NCBI GenBank assembly: GCA_000320545.1 | Contig: ADNK01002346.1 | Span: 60,489 to 124,488 of the forward strand | Direction: 5' to 3' | Source: Bigelowiella natans CCMP2755 | Taxonomy: Eukaryota; Protista; Cercozoa | DNA: 64,000 nucleotides | Part shown: piece by piece, positions 1-13,600 of the stretch | How the letters are laid out: the number at the start of each line of letters is the position of its first letter | Position numbering within the stretch: position 1 is the stretch's first letter | Notes under the pieces: model-generated | Databases searched by the model: none | Told to the model about the DNA's origin: nothing | What the model saw: the letters and a program-made list of their open reading frames with translations, nothing else | Program-made: the position numbers and the translations under genes

Positions 1-592
1 CTTGAAGCTGCAACAACGAATGTTGTTGGATCCTGATCACATCATCATGTATCACGTCAGAGACGTCACGGAAGAAAAAGCGAATATGCTGCTCCTCAGC
101 AAATGTTGTACTTTTTCAAAATCTCTTGCGCATCTACACAGATGTTGGTGTGTACCTTAAATTGTACGCTTAGTAGGACTTGCTGCATGCCCTTTTTATC
201 ACTGTCATCATCATCATCCAAATTTTCTTCCTTCCGACAATCTTTCTCCGCAGCTCGTATCCAGCGCGACACAACTGCTTTCCTCTTCTCCCTCGATCCC
301 AAAGCACCACCAGCTAGCTCAGGCACTTCAAACTGGATCTTATGCGCAAGTTCTTTCATTTCCATCGTTTACGAAAGTGGATCTGTTTGAGATGTGGTTC
401 CTCTTAGCATCTGCGAGCCCCAAAGCAATCACAATAGATTAGACATATTACTCCATGACTACATCCTTGAAAGTCTATTATGGAGTAGCATACCTGCGCA
501 TGTGTCATCATGGCATCGAAGTGCACGAGAAATTGGGTCATAGAAAGGACAAGTTGCCCTTTCACCATTTCGGAGTCTAGCCTGGAATCCAA
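1..592 (-). CDS. Partial spliced gene of unknown function (runs off the left edge; start uncertain)
   Basis: Coding-like segments ...SEMVKGQLVLSMTQFLVHFDAMMTHAQ|gtatgc and ...IQFEVPELAGGALGSREKRKAVVSRWIRAAEKD...SVQFK|gtacac end at plausible GT donors. No family recognised. Confidence 0.4.
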
Positions 593-1381
593 ACTAAAAA
601 TTAATTATGCGGCTCCTGTTTCCGTTGCATGTCGCGAACACACAAACCTGAACCGTGTGCCCTCAGTACACCCACATGAACTATGTATGTCGCAAAGAAT
701 GATGCATATAATAATTCTTCGGCAGTCGGATATTTCCTTTCATGTACTTCCTCCGAGATATGTTTGGGCCAATTTACTTCGTTTTCACGGATTTATCTTT
801 GTCATATGCTAAAAATCAGATAAATTTCATATCTCAATCGCAAAGTTATCAATCCTGCGACAGTATCCGGGACTCGATCAGCTTCTTTTAGCCAGATTTA
901 GATTGTATCAGATAATTTGTATACTCATGCCTCAAAAGGCTCAATTAATCAATAATATCTAATATATCCCAATATCACAGGTAGTAATTACAGTTGACAC
1001 TGCAATCCGAAAATTTTTATAAAGTCTGAAACACAAAGTATCCAGAAAAGTTCAGGCCATCCTTTTCACATCGGAATGATAAAACTATCGAAAAGGACTA
1101 ATATTTTCAACATTTTTAATTAAACCATAGCAAATTCCAAGAAAATCTCAACAGCTTTCTCCTATAACTCGTTCCGAAAAGTCTTTGTCGTACACAGAAC
1201 GTGGAAAGCAACGTACACGGACCACCCCGCACCTCCTACTGCGTGTTGCCATTAGCGCTGTATGTATACTTTTATTGGTTGAAGGGCCTTCTCTTTTCAT
1301 GACATGTGTCATAAAATGCGAACAATATGTATTATAGATTGATATATATATTAATAGATTATTCTACAATTACTATCTTAG

Positions 1382-2659
1382 ATGACGTTCAGTGACACTC
1401 CGGACTATGCCGTTCTACTTCTCGGCTTTGGAGCTCCCGTCTTGGGTCTCTTATTTGCTGTGTACTACACCATGGAGACAGCAGCCATTCCTGTAGTGTA
1501 TCGTCCCAGCAACAAAAAAGGTAGTTAGGCAGGTGATGAAAAAAAGTCAATCAATGTGCTGAGTGGGATTCGTGGCACTCGACGAAATTTCTTAATGTGA
1601 CTTAAATAAATGAACCATCAATTTAACAGAGGAATATGGTGAGATTGACGGAAAGAGTCAACCATTGAAGTACGGTTCCAATGGATCTGTTAACGAGGCT
1701 GATAGCAGCGAAGTTCAAAAGGTATGAGTTTAGCTCTTGGGGACCATTCACGAATTACTGAACTCTTCTTTTCTGTCTACATGTACATTTACTTCGTTAT
1801 CTTATTTTATTTTTTGGAAATGTTATGGGCTTGGTCCTCCTCATTTTTCCTCCTATGCTCCTCTCACACCCATGGGTTATGACGAGAGATGTCTCTGGTT
1901 CAAAATGGAAGTGAAGAGGAGGGAGAGAGAGCCTCCCATAATGACATACAGAAAGTCATGCTTCCGTGTATAATGTCTCTTGAACCCTACTGAGCCATTG
2001 CTCTTTTCTTCGATTTATTTGCGATTGGTTTAGATTAATGATTCTCTCATCCGTATCTCGGGTCTTATCACCCGTGGGGCCAACTCCTTCTTGTATACCG
2101 AGTAATAAGTGCTTGTAATAGTGTTGCTGTTGTTCGATGCTCTTTGTTTCTACCACACTGTTTCCGCTTATTTCCGCGAAACTCAAATAAAATTGCGTTA
2201 TTATATGATTTGCAGATACGGGTACATGGTCATCTTCATGGTGGTTTTCGGACTGTTGGTTCTTTTTGTTCTTGGAGGTGAGTGTCAACGAAGTTTGTAC
2301 TAATGAAGTAACGGTGATAACGATGATCGTGCCCCTCGTTATATCCACATGAAACTGCAACCAGGGAGTAAATGGGAACTCCATTAAACTGTCGTCACAC
2401 ATTTTTAGTGGTGTTTTTCATCTGATTTACACTCCTCTTGAGCTTGTTCCTCCTCCTTCGTTAAAAACTACGACTAACAAACACAGGCGTACGCAACTGG
2501 ACTACTGGTATTGGAACTGCCGTATCATTCTGGGTTGGATGTATCACTTCGATTGCCTCTGGGTATGCTGCTACTGTCACAAATACTACAAGATGATGTG
2601 TGATAGTTTATTGCCAATTACTTCATCAACACTGTCATTCAAATTTCAGTACTGCGACC

Positions 2660-2693
<34 letters not shown>

Positions 2694-5600
2694 GAATTGC
2701 TCAAACCCTCATCTTCCACCCTATCCACCCATTTTGCAGTTTTATCGGTATGCGTATTGCCGTGTTCTCCAACTCTCGTACTGCCGTCAAGTCGAATGAA
2801 GGTGAGCATAAGAGGGAGGAAGGAAGGAGAGTAAAGCTGTCTATCATTGTGCTGTGCTGCTTGTGTTGTCTGGTGTATGTGCCAACCCATCCATTAGGCA
2901 AGCAATTGCATTGTTTTTTAAACTGAATGTTGTACTGTTGTTCTGCAGGCATTGGGGAGGGATTTACCACTGCGTTCAAGGCTGGCTCTGTTATGGGTGA
3001 GAAGATAGAGATTTTGATGATGGTGATAGATAAGAAGAAGAAGAGAAGAAATAATTCATATGTGTCATACCACACCGCAATCCCGCTACTTGCAGCTGCC
3101 TGGTGCTGCGGTTGGTGAATAATGCTGACTGACTGTCTGACTGCCGCAGGTTTTGCTCTTGTGTCGCTTGGAATATTGGTTTTGATGATTCTTGTGGAGG
3201 TCTACAAGGCCCTGTTCTCGAACGCCTACAAGGATAATGGCGACTGTGAATCTTGCACGGTAGGCATGCATGACACCTACCTTCTTCACCATCTACTTAC
3301 TTGACAGGACACACATATATCAATCATCCCACAAGGAAGAAGAAGCTGCTTGAAGCTGCTGCAACAACAAATACTCACAATCTCTCTAACTCCTCCCTTG
3401 GTCTCTCCTTCCCTCCATCTCCTCGTAAAGGTGACTATGTACGAGTGCATTGCCGGATACGGTCTAGGAGGATCTTCCATTGCTATGTTCGGTCGTGTTG
3501 GAGGTGGTATCTACACTAAGGCTGCTGATGTTGGGGCAGATCTTGCCGGAAAAGTCGATCAGGTAGTGTTATAGTAGTACGTGAGAATCAACCTTAGAAG
3601 GAGTGGTATATGAAAGTAGTATGGTTATCGTAACGCTGTGTGACCTCTTACAATCATCATGCCATCATATCATCATCATCATCAATACTGTGTACATCAT
3701 TATTGTATTCGTAATATATTGACATAACTAACTGCTACTAATACTACTTAGGGGTGGGATGAGGATGATCCACGCAACCCTGCTGTTATTGCTGACAACG
3801 TTGGAGATAACGTGGGTGATATTGCTGGAATGGGTGCTGATCTCTTCGGTTCTTTCGCAGAGGCTACATGCGCTGCTCTTGTTCTGTGCGCTCAGTCCCC
3901 GGTAAGTAAGAAAGAACAAAGCTGTGTTGATGATATTATATGACTAATGCCTTCCTCTTCCCCTCCCCCCTTATTCGCTTATTGCTGCTGTTTAGGATCT
4001 TTCCGTTCACTTCACCTCTATGAGTTTTCCAATATTGGTATCTGTTGGAGGTCTCCTGGCTTGCTTCCTCACCAGCTTCTTCGCTACCCACTTCTTGTAA
4101 ACAATCAAATTAATTCGAATTGTGACGATTAATAATATGAGCATGAAGTAATGTAAGTCTCCAAACTATGAGGATCTTCTTTCTCACCAATTACCTTTTC
4201 CTTCTCTGTTTAATCGAATATTCAACTAATGATTGATTCTCCAGCCCTGTCAAGAAGGATGCAGACGTAGAAACCTGCCTCAAGTTGCAGCTTCTTATCT
4301 CCACCATCATTTGTAATTGATGATTATGATGATGACGATGATGATGATGAATATACAAATCATAATTAGATTAGCCAATGCACCGCATTTCACACATCCG
4401 TCATCCGTCGAGTCTATCCATTCATCTATGAATCATTGACTTTCCGTTGTTGTTTTCAGCGACTCCCATTGTTTTCTTCATTTCTGGCATCTTCCTCCCA
4501 TATTCGTTTGACATCTCCGGAAAGACTGTGTACTGGTACTCTGCTGCTATTTGCATTCTGGCTGGTCTATGGAGCGGTTTGATTATCGGATTTATCACCG
4601 AATACTATACCTCTTTCTCCTACCGTCCAACACAACGGTATGATGCTGGCGCCTCGCAATAGAAATAGTACTAGTAAAGTTTATATTTCCTTGTCTTTTT
4701 TTGTGTTTGCTGCAATTTACCAAGGGCGAGTACTGACATAACAATAATGATTAATTATCGTCATCATCATCATTAATCAGACTTGCAGAATCGTGTGAAA
4801 CGGGCCCTGCTACAAACATCATTTACGGTCTCGCTTTGGGTTACAAGTCTGCTATCATCCCTATCGTCTGCTTGTGCATTACCAGTAAGTACTAACTAAA
4901 CTACTACGTGCTTCTTCAAACATCATATACTTCAGTCTTCGTGTTGGTTGGTTTGTTGATAACCCCTTTCTTTCCTCCCCCCCCCCCCCCCTTCTTTCCC
5001 AATCATCAGTGTTCCTTGGATACACCCTCGGTCGTATGTTCGGTATTGCATGCGGAGCTCTTGGTATCTTGATGACCCTGGCTACTGGGCTGACCATTGA
5101 TGCTTATGGGCCTATCACCGACAATGCTGGTGGAATTGCTGAGATGACGGGCATGCCAAAGCACGTACGCAAGAACACGGACAAATTGGACGCTGCTGGT
5201 AACACGACTGCTGCTATTGGAAAAGGATTTGCAATCGGATCTGCTGCATTGGTCTCCCTTGCCCTCTTCGGTGCTTTCGCTGATACTGTTGGAATCTATG
5301 AGCTGCAGCTTATTGGAGCGTGGCAGTTTGCAGGGCTTGTTCTCGGGGCTATGATTCCTTACTGGTGATAACAATAACATACGATTGTATGAATAGTATG
5401 TTATGATTGATATGATTATTGTGATGATAATGACGATGATGATGAGTACTCCTCCTTTAACTACGACAACTAACTAACTACAGGTTCTTCGCCATGACTA
5501 TGGAATCTGTTGGACAAGCAGCAAACAAGATGGTGTTGGAGGTTAGACGTCAAGTCAAAGAGAAGCGCCGGGGCCAAGCTGACAGCAAGCTTGTTCTCGA

Positions 5601-7025
5601 CTACAAGTCTCAAGGTCGTTTGTGTGTATTTTGTTAAATTATGCTTCCTCATCTAAATTGATGAGTTTTGACATTATTATTTTTATACATCATTTTTATT
5701 TTCAAATGCATCTGACATCATTTGTTCGGTTAGGTGTGGACAAGATCCGTCAGTCTTTGCAGGCTGCTTTGGAAGGCGGAATCAGCCAGAATAAGAATAT
5801 CGGAAACGTGCAAGAATTGAGCAACAGTGTTGGAGAGTTGTCCAAACTCCTTAAAGAGAAGCAGGAAGAACTCGAAGTTGCACATGGAAAGGCTCTTGGT
5901 GCTGCTGATCCTGATTCTTTGGAAACAACAGACGAGCAATACGAAAAGTGCATTGCTATTGCTACTGATGCTTCTCTCAAGGTAGTACAAACTTCTGAAC
6001 AACAACATACCCACATTGCTTATTCCAAACAACGTTTTGTAGTTAATACAGCTCCTGTTGTAACTCTTATAGATTATATTGTTACAACGATCCCTACTAC
6101 TCAATCTATTACTTACCACTGCTACTACTACTACTGTTCAATTTGCTATATTGTTGATACTGGCTCTCTATGTGCTCCTACAGAATGATAATAATGATAA
6201 TAACAAAAATAATAATATTATTATTATTACAATATCACAGGAAATGATTGCTCCTGGCGCTTTGGTCCTTTTTACCCCAATCGTTGTCGGATTCCTTTTC
6301 GGAGTCAAGATGCTCGCAGGGGTTCTACTTGGGGCTCTAGCCTCTGGTGTCTCTATGGCCATTTCAGCTTCAAACACCGGTCAGAACATAACAGAACAAA
6401 ACCGATTGATTGATTGATTGATTGATTGATGGTGAGTGAATGAGTGGAGGAGTGTGACGTATGGTCAACAACAAATAAGAAGAGCAACAACAACAACAAC
6501 TGCATGTTCGGTTACTGCGAGATTGGTGACTGCTGCGTAGATGATAAGATGAATATGTGTGATGGACGGCATCAAGAAAGGTGACTTTCTTCCTCCTCCC
6601 CTCCTCCTAGGTGGTGCTTGGGACAACGCCAAGAAGTACATCGGAGCTGGCCACTTGGTTATCAATGGCGAGGTTCGTGGAAAGAAAACCGAGGAGCACA
6701 ATGCTGCGATCATTGGTAATGCCGTAATTCTTTTTTGTACATGAAGGATTAATTACGATGCAAGACTACGAATAATTTCAATCAATTTAAGAACCTTCGC
6801 CGTCGTTGAATCGTGATTCTTTTTTCTCGAGCAAAACATAGCCTGACCCTTAATTTCTTCTTGTTCTTCTTTTTAGGTGACACTGTAGGAGATCCCCTCA
6901 AAGATACTTCCGGTCCTGCTTTGAACATCGTGATGAAGCTTATGGCTATCGTTTCATTGGTGTTTGCACGTGCTTTCCCAAGTCAAAGCAAGGGAGGATA
7001 TGTGCAGCAGATCTTTGACCATTAG
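1382..7025 (+). CDS. Membrane H+-translocating inorganic pyrophosphatase (V-PPase), K+-dependent type, about 20 exons
   Basis: Exons encode [97 protein letters not shown] and [23 protein letters not shown] (Ala, not Lys) is the established K+-dependent signature. ATG 1382 directly follows a probable 5'UTR intron (gtatgt 1260...ttag 1381). Confidence 0.96.
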
Positions 7026-7189
7026 GCGAAACATCATTTAAGTGGGCGACGGTAATGGAATTGCATCAACTATTTTTATTCCCCTATTTTTGTCTCAATC
7101 TCTTTCCAGGATTCTTGCGTAATATACTTATACTCCTCAACTCTACCTTAATGATATCGTTCTCCACGTGCGAAAACAGTAGGGATTAC

Positions 7190-8200
7190 CATGCTAGCAT
7201 GTAGTAGCACTCTGCAATAAAGCAGTATAACTAGTTATCTATGATGAGTGTTATTTAATATTGATACATTAAACCTACCATATTCACTCAACTGCATTCC
7301 ACTTGTTAGTTGCCACACGATGTGATCATTCACTTCTTGCCGATAGTAGCTTGCAATGTAGACATGCTAGCATGTGCTGCCGGAATGTGCAATTCTGTAC
7401 GTGTGCTCTGCTACGCTGCACGTACGTGCTGACAGAACAACGACACGTCTAGACGTGCGTGCATCGATCATCACGGGCGAGCCATGGGCAATGGTGGGCC
7501 CAATGTTAGAATACATGCCAATAGCTAGATGGCGGCATTACTAGATCTATAGAGATCAGTAGGGTGTGCCTCGTTGGCTACACCACAGTAATGAGTGTAG
7601 CTGGGTTGGCATGCGCGCCCATCTACAAGCTAGCTAGCAGCTAGGCCTTGAAGCGTACCCATTATATTCTCATGTACTAGCTAGCTAGCATGCTAGCATG
7701 GTGCGCGCATGTCTAGCAGATGTCTCGAATAGCAATGAAGCTAGAAAGTGCTGATCTGGTATGCGCACACATGCTAGTAGCATGTCATGTTGAACATCTG
7801 CCTACACTAGCTAGCTAGCTGCTATAGCTAGCCTTGAGCGCCTCGATTGATCATCGATCAATGTGAAGCTGTTTCCCACATTACCAGATTAGCTAGATAG
7901 CTAGCCGATCAAGCATGCAGGCATTATTCATCAATTACATTATTATACCAGATAAGGCAAGCATCGCATGCGATGAGGATTGCTTTCAAATGCATGAAGC
8001 ACGTGACAATCGTATTTGCGCGATCTCATTGCGTTGTCACGACAATGGAGACAAATAGATGCAACATAAGAGCTGTAGCCGCTGCTCAGGCTGCTTTGCA
8101 TAGCTACATTAGAATGACCATCGAAAAGATTAAAACACTTTATTCACATCCGTCTCATCATATCTAGATATGCCTATCTAGCTATGGAATAGTAGCTTAT
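7190..8200. other. CTAG/CATG/TGCA-rich intergenic tract between convergent genes
   Basis: Dense gctagctagc, gcatgc and ctag words, no coding features. TpA loss is only partial here. Confidence 0.6.
8041..8160 (+). repeat. Dispersed repeat, copy A (copy B at 29918-30061)
   Basis: gctttgcatagctacattagaatgaccatcgaaaagattaaaacactttattcacatccgtctcatca aligns with gctttgcacagctacatcaggatgaccattgaaaagatttaatcacttcattacatccgtctcatca. Looser similarity extends upstream to gacaatgg. Confidence 0.9.
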
Positions 8201-8819
8201 GATTACTATGCAGCTGCTGTGAACATGGAAAACCGAAGACAACCTTTCCGCATACTTGTGATATCGTACGTATTACGTACATATTGGTGTGTCGTATTGC
8301 TGTAAAGCTCTGATTAATATCAGGAAAATAATCGCCAGGCTGCCTCTTGCAATGTGGAGACTTGTGGTGGCTTTGACGATCACCTATGCAGATATCTATG
8401 CACGTGGCACGCACCTTTGGTTTATGCCAAGACTTTGTGATCTGTTGTGAGCTGATAAGCTGCAAGATAGCCACTCATTTCCATGGATTTAGAGCTAGTT
8501 CGCGAGGCTCCTACCGCAACTTGGCTGCTCATCGATGCAGAGCTCGAGGCCCAATTCACAGAAATTGAGCTCCCTACGTGACGGAGGCTCTGACAGTGTT
8601 TGGCAAACAAGAGGAGTGAGTTTTCTGCATTTATTATCTAGTTGAAGGCATCCATCATTGACATGCATTGGGTAGTTTTTGTTCCAATCTATGTTCTTTA
8701 GATATACTGACCGTTGACCCTTTGAGGCTCCAGCGAGAAGCCTTGTTGATACTTACTGATTCTGATCAAAAGCAAACAGCAAAAATGAGTGCGGTTATGA
8801 TGATATACACCCTCGTGAT

Positions 8820-9551
8820 TTAATACATCAACAAGTATCGAAAGAATGGATTAGTTTCTATTGTGTTGTTGAGGTTGGAAATAATAACAACGTTACCAGC
8901 AGGATGGAATTCGAGCTCTGCGAAATACACCGCCCCCGATTCGTGAGAGACTAGTGAATTTTCTAGCGGCGCGGAGATAAAAGCGGACAAGAGAAGAGCT
9001 GGATCCTCCCCATCCCTACCTTCCGTTTGTGTTGCTTCAACAATCTTCACATGACGACCGAATCTTCCAAAACGGCTTGGAAGACGAAGTATAGCAAACA
9101 CATTATCACCATGTGAACACTTCTGTTACAATCACATTTGAGAATGAGGCTTAGAGAGTTAGGACAACTTCAGCAACCTGGATCCCTGAAGAATCGTCAT
9201 TTTCTTGTTGAGCTCCGCCGAGGAGATGTTCCTGTTACACGAATCGAGTTGAGTTATACAAAATTTCGCTCGGCTTTCTGTTAAAAAACTCGAGACGAGG
9301 CCAATAAATGGTTTTTATGGAGATCTGCTACAATAAGCACGCAAATACAGGTGCAGCGAGGCTATTCAATGCAAGGCTCATTCTTTTACAAATATTTGTT
9401 TTCTGTCCTCTTGCTACCCTTTCAATCCTGCTATGTTGATGAAGCGAACGACACCAGCCCTCGCCTTCTTCGTCTTAAAGGGATAGATTACAGTCTTCTC
9501 CACATTCTCTGTGGGTGAGCTGACAGCAAGAATTGATGTTGAAGAGGATGG

Positions 9552-9583
<32 letters not shown>

Positions 9584-10569
9584 CCCCTCTGCTTACAGCA
9601 TCAACGGAACTCCCTGATAATAATATGGGACAAGAGCGCAACGAAGAAGGTGGTGAGAACACTGGCATGAACAAGATACAGTCCTAAGTAGATGGAAGCA
9701 CTAAGCAAATAGTAACATCATGATGGTAACGAAAAGATCGATGTATCGACTAGATCGTGCGCTACCGAATTCTGCCAGGGGCTCATCGCCGATAATCATA
9801 AATTCAAGTTTTGCTGAAGTTTCTGTGAGACCCAATCCTTGCTGTTGTTGCTTCTGACCTTTTTCTTCGATGCAGATACCGAACACTGCACCTACTACAT
9901 TTGCTTCTGTTTCCGCACCTCTAGACCGCTGTTGTGATTTGCGGTATCCAGGTGCTCCAACCACAAGTACTGCTGCTGTGCTGCTACTGCTGTTGGCGAC
10001 GACTGTAAGACTTTGTCCGAAAAAGGCGTATTCTGAGGGGCCTTCGATGCTAAACAACAGGCTAGAAAGCGAAGATGAAGAAGTACTGCCAGGATGGGCT
10101 GCGGTTTTGTCATTTCCGTCGGCTTGAAGTCTCAGGACGTTGGCGTCGATGTCCAGATCGATAGCGCTACTACTGGAACCATGCTGATTGATTTGTTAGA
10201 ACAAAGGCAGCAGCAGAGAAAGGTTGGCAGTAGTACCAATGAGCAACAACGGTCACTTTATTACTATATCACATTAAAATAATTCTTCCGTGTGTTGATA
10301 CAGTCTGAATTCTGAATGCCTTCTTCAATGATGCCACCCCCCTGTGCTACCACCTTAGTGCTAGCCAGCATAACGAAGACTTTCCCATTGTGAATGCCGT
10401 TGCCATCAGCCCGTGACCAGAGCGGACAGCCCATGAGCAAATCATCATGCCCGTCATCATTCACATCGCCTTACAGAGAAGAGGATGAAGAGGAGGAGGG
10501 GTTTGATTACATCAATACTAATGTTTCAATGCAGTATCAAAATTCATTGAAACACGATTGATTGCAGGA

Positions 10570-10612
<43 letters not shown>

Positions 10613-13600
10613 ATGAAAGAAGCCCGCACCTGCAGCCAATACAAGCCCTAAACCAGTAAAGTCCTGTCTTGTTCTCACTGTTATGTCGGCAGTTTTGCGT
10701 AGTCCCTCACCAGCTCTTCCTATATCCAGATAAAAACAGCTCAAAACCACGTAATCATTACAAATGCATCCGTCGCTATCATCATCATCATCATCATCAT
10801 TATCACTTTCGTCATAGCCTCACCGAGAAAGATGTAGATTGTTCCCCACAAGCGGACGTGCGGCTCTTCGTCGTGAATGGGGAGGGAGTTGTTCCACCCG
10901 GATTCAGGCGCTCCGACAATCAAATCACACACACCATCCATGTTGATGTCCATCGCTAATACTGCGTGCCCGAAACGCCCGTGGATCTCAGGCCCGACGA
11001 GTTCCTATTCAAACACCAACGTTTCAAATGTGGGAAGCAGGAAAGATAGTTGAAAGGCTTGGCGCTCTCGAGCTGAGCAAAAGTCAGGAGAAAGGATTTT
11101 GAATATGACTATGTCGCTGCTGGCATGTATACATTGTGCTTGCACGCAGGTGGTGTGTGAGGAAAGGTCTTGCCTGGACTACTGTGAAGTTAGTCGTGGC
11201 GCTGCTGCCTCCTATGGACGAAGTATCCTGAGCAAGAGATGAAGCTGCTAGAATGTCTACACGCCCCTTTTGAGGCTCTCCAGGCACTCCTTGAATGATG
11301 GCAGAAATGGAGGAAGTAGTGGAAGAGAGAATTATTTCAAGTGCAGCAGTAGCATAAAGTAGCATCTTCTATTTACCTGCTCCATACGCTGCAACGGCAA
11401 TTTCCATGATGCCGTCGGAGTCGAAGTCCCCGAACGTACTCGCGCTTCCATAGTATTCCACCGCAGACGAGCCGTAGCGTTCGAATAACATTGACGAGGA
11501 TGAAGACAACAACGACGATGATGATGCTTCTTCCTCATCGTTTTTTGAAGGGTTATATTCGTTTTCTGACGCTAGTGCTCTTCGTTCTTCTGTTCCTTCC
11601 TCTTTGATTGGCCTGGCTTCGTCTGAGGGTGATCTCTGCAAGAGCTCTGAGACAGAGAATCCGCTGCCAACATACGCATATACACACACGTTCGCCTTTA
11701 CTTTTCTACGAGCAAAAACATAGATTCTCCACTAATTTCACAGCATCGAAATGATACAAAATGTAGCACAAAAGAACTTTATTTACACGGCCGAAAGATA
11801 CCTGTCCTTTCCCAACGACATATCGATCAGTGACTGGAGCATTGACTTTAGCACCTTTCAGTGATCATTATCATCATCATAATCATCATCATCATCATCA
11901 TCATTTTCACTAGCTGCGATTCTGTGCTTGAAGACGAGAGGAGTCAAAGAATAGAAGAAAGAAAAGGATGATGAGGAGCAGATACACTGTCGGAATGCAA
12001 ATGTGCCAAACGATTCCAAATTGAAAACATATTCGTGATCAAAATTATGCAAATACTTAGCGTTGCAACCCTGCCCATTTGTTCAGATGTGCTGCTGCTA
12101 CCTCTCTGAGAGGACCATTTCCATACTCTGAGGACATGATGAGTCCTGAAAATCATCATGTCTTAATTCTTAGCTACGAACGGCGAGACGCACACACAAA
12201 CGTTTGCTCCTCGTCGTACAGATATAATTTTAATAACATAGATATACTGACCTCCTGTTTGCTCATGAAACATGAAAATCTTGTCAGGATTACGAATAGC
12301 TCTCAGGCTATCAGCATGCTGAAGAGAAGGAGAAATGGAGATGTATTTACGTTGATGAGCAAAGATAGGGAGAGACTAAAATATCCACTGGAATAGACCA
12401 CTGGGGTCATCTATCCATATCCATCATTATTTTTGTACCCACCTTCTGGTAAGGCCTCATCTCTTGAAACAAGGCAAATGTCCATCGATCATCCTCGTCG
12501 TCTCCGTTCATTGCTTTAGCCTCTTCTTCCACTGGCATCATCGTGGATGACGTATTAGTTCCCGATTGCCTATTACTACCCCACATTCCTCGTGGAGGTA
12601 TGGTACCAGGGGGGCCTTTTGTTCGGGTAGTGGTTCATTCGTCAGGTTTTGGAAGAGGCAACAAAGCTCGCTGCTGCTGCTACTACTGCTGCTACCATTA
12701 CACAACCAACCTTGATCCAACCAACGTGCTATGCGCTCCCACACGAACGACGCCCATATTGCCATATCGTCTATGCCTGCAGAGCAACGAATGTGGGGAA
12801 AGGGACGCGAGGAAGCGGGAAGAATAATAGCAAAAACTAGGTGATGAGAGGCGGCAAAAATGTGCAGAATTTTGGATCGTTGATGCTTTTCTATACTATT
12901 GGGGACCCAGAAGAAATGTTCCATACTGCTACCACTGACATCTCTCTTAATCTTACGACAACATCTAAATAAGCGAGAAGTACTCCTTTTGAAAGCGTAT
13001 CGAAGCCTTTGCTTACCGTTAAAAGGTGCCTCTATAAGCGCCTCTGCTGCGTACGGAACTTGCTTTACTCTCTATAATTTAAAAGCCAAATGAAATACAT
13101 GCCAATATGTGATCTAGGTGCATGTTCTTTCTTTACATGTAAAACAGTTTCATTATAATACGCATGCGCACACATTGACACCTCAGTGTAAAGTAGGAAA
13201 AGGACGGACCCAAAGGCCTAAGAGATTGAACAGCGGTGTATGGATTATTTCGATGGAGGGAGTGAGAGGGTGCTGGGATCGCTTTCCATCATATTTGACT
13301 TGTGTATAGCATTATCAATCATCGCTGCTGTCATTTTCGTCATCAATATCACCTTTTCAGCCCAAAGTCCTAGGTCAAAAAGAGCACGGCAGTTGGAAAT
13401 AGAGGCGAGCGTCACGTTAGCAAAACCGTCTAAATGATAGATCTCGACAATGTCCTGCAGATATAGCACTTTACTCAGTCTCATCTGTGGTTTCTATCTC
13501 ACGGCAAGTAACTTGGGCACTAGCAGCACCGCCATGAATATCACCATCCCCACCTTGACAGGGAAGTAGCGCTTCCATGGATGTATATCGCTCTCAGCCA

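Noticed and set aside
7190-8200. Classical RIP or Helitron ends as the explanation for CTAG richness
   Set aside because: RIP raises TpA and depletes CpA/TpG, the opposite of the strong tracts. No Rep/helicase remnants or defined 5'-TC...hairpin-CTRR-3' unit could be delimited.
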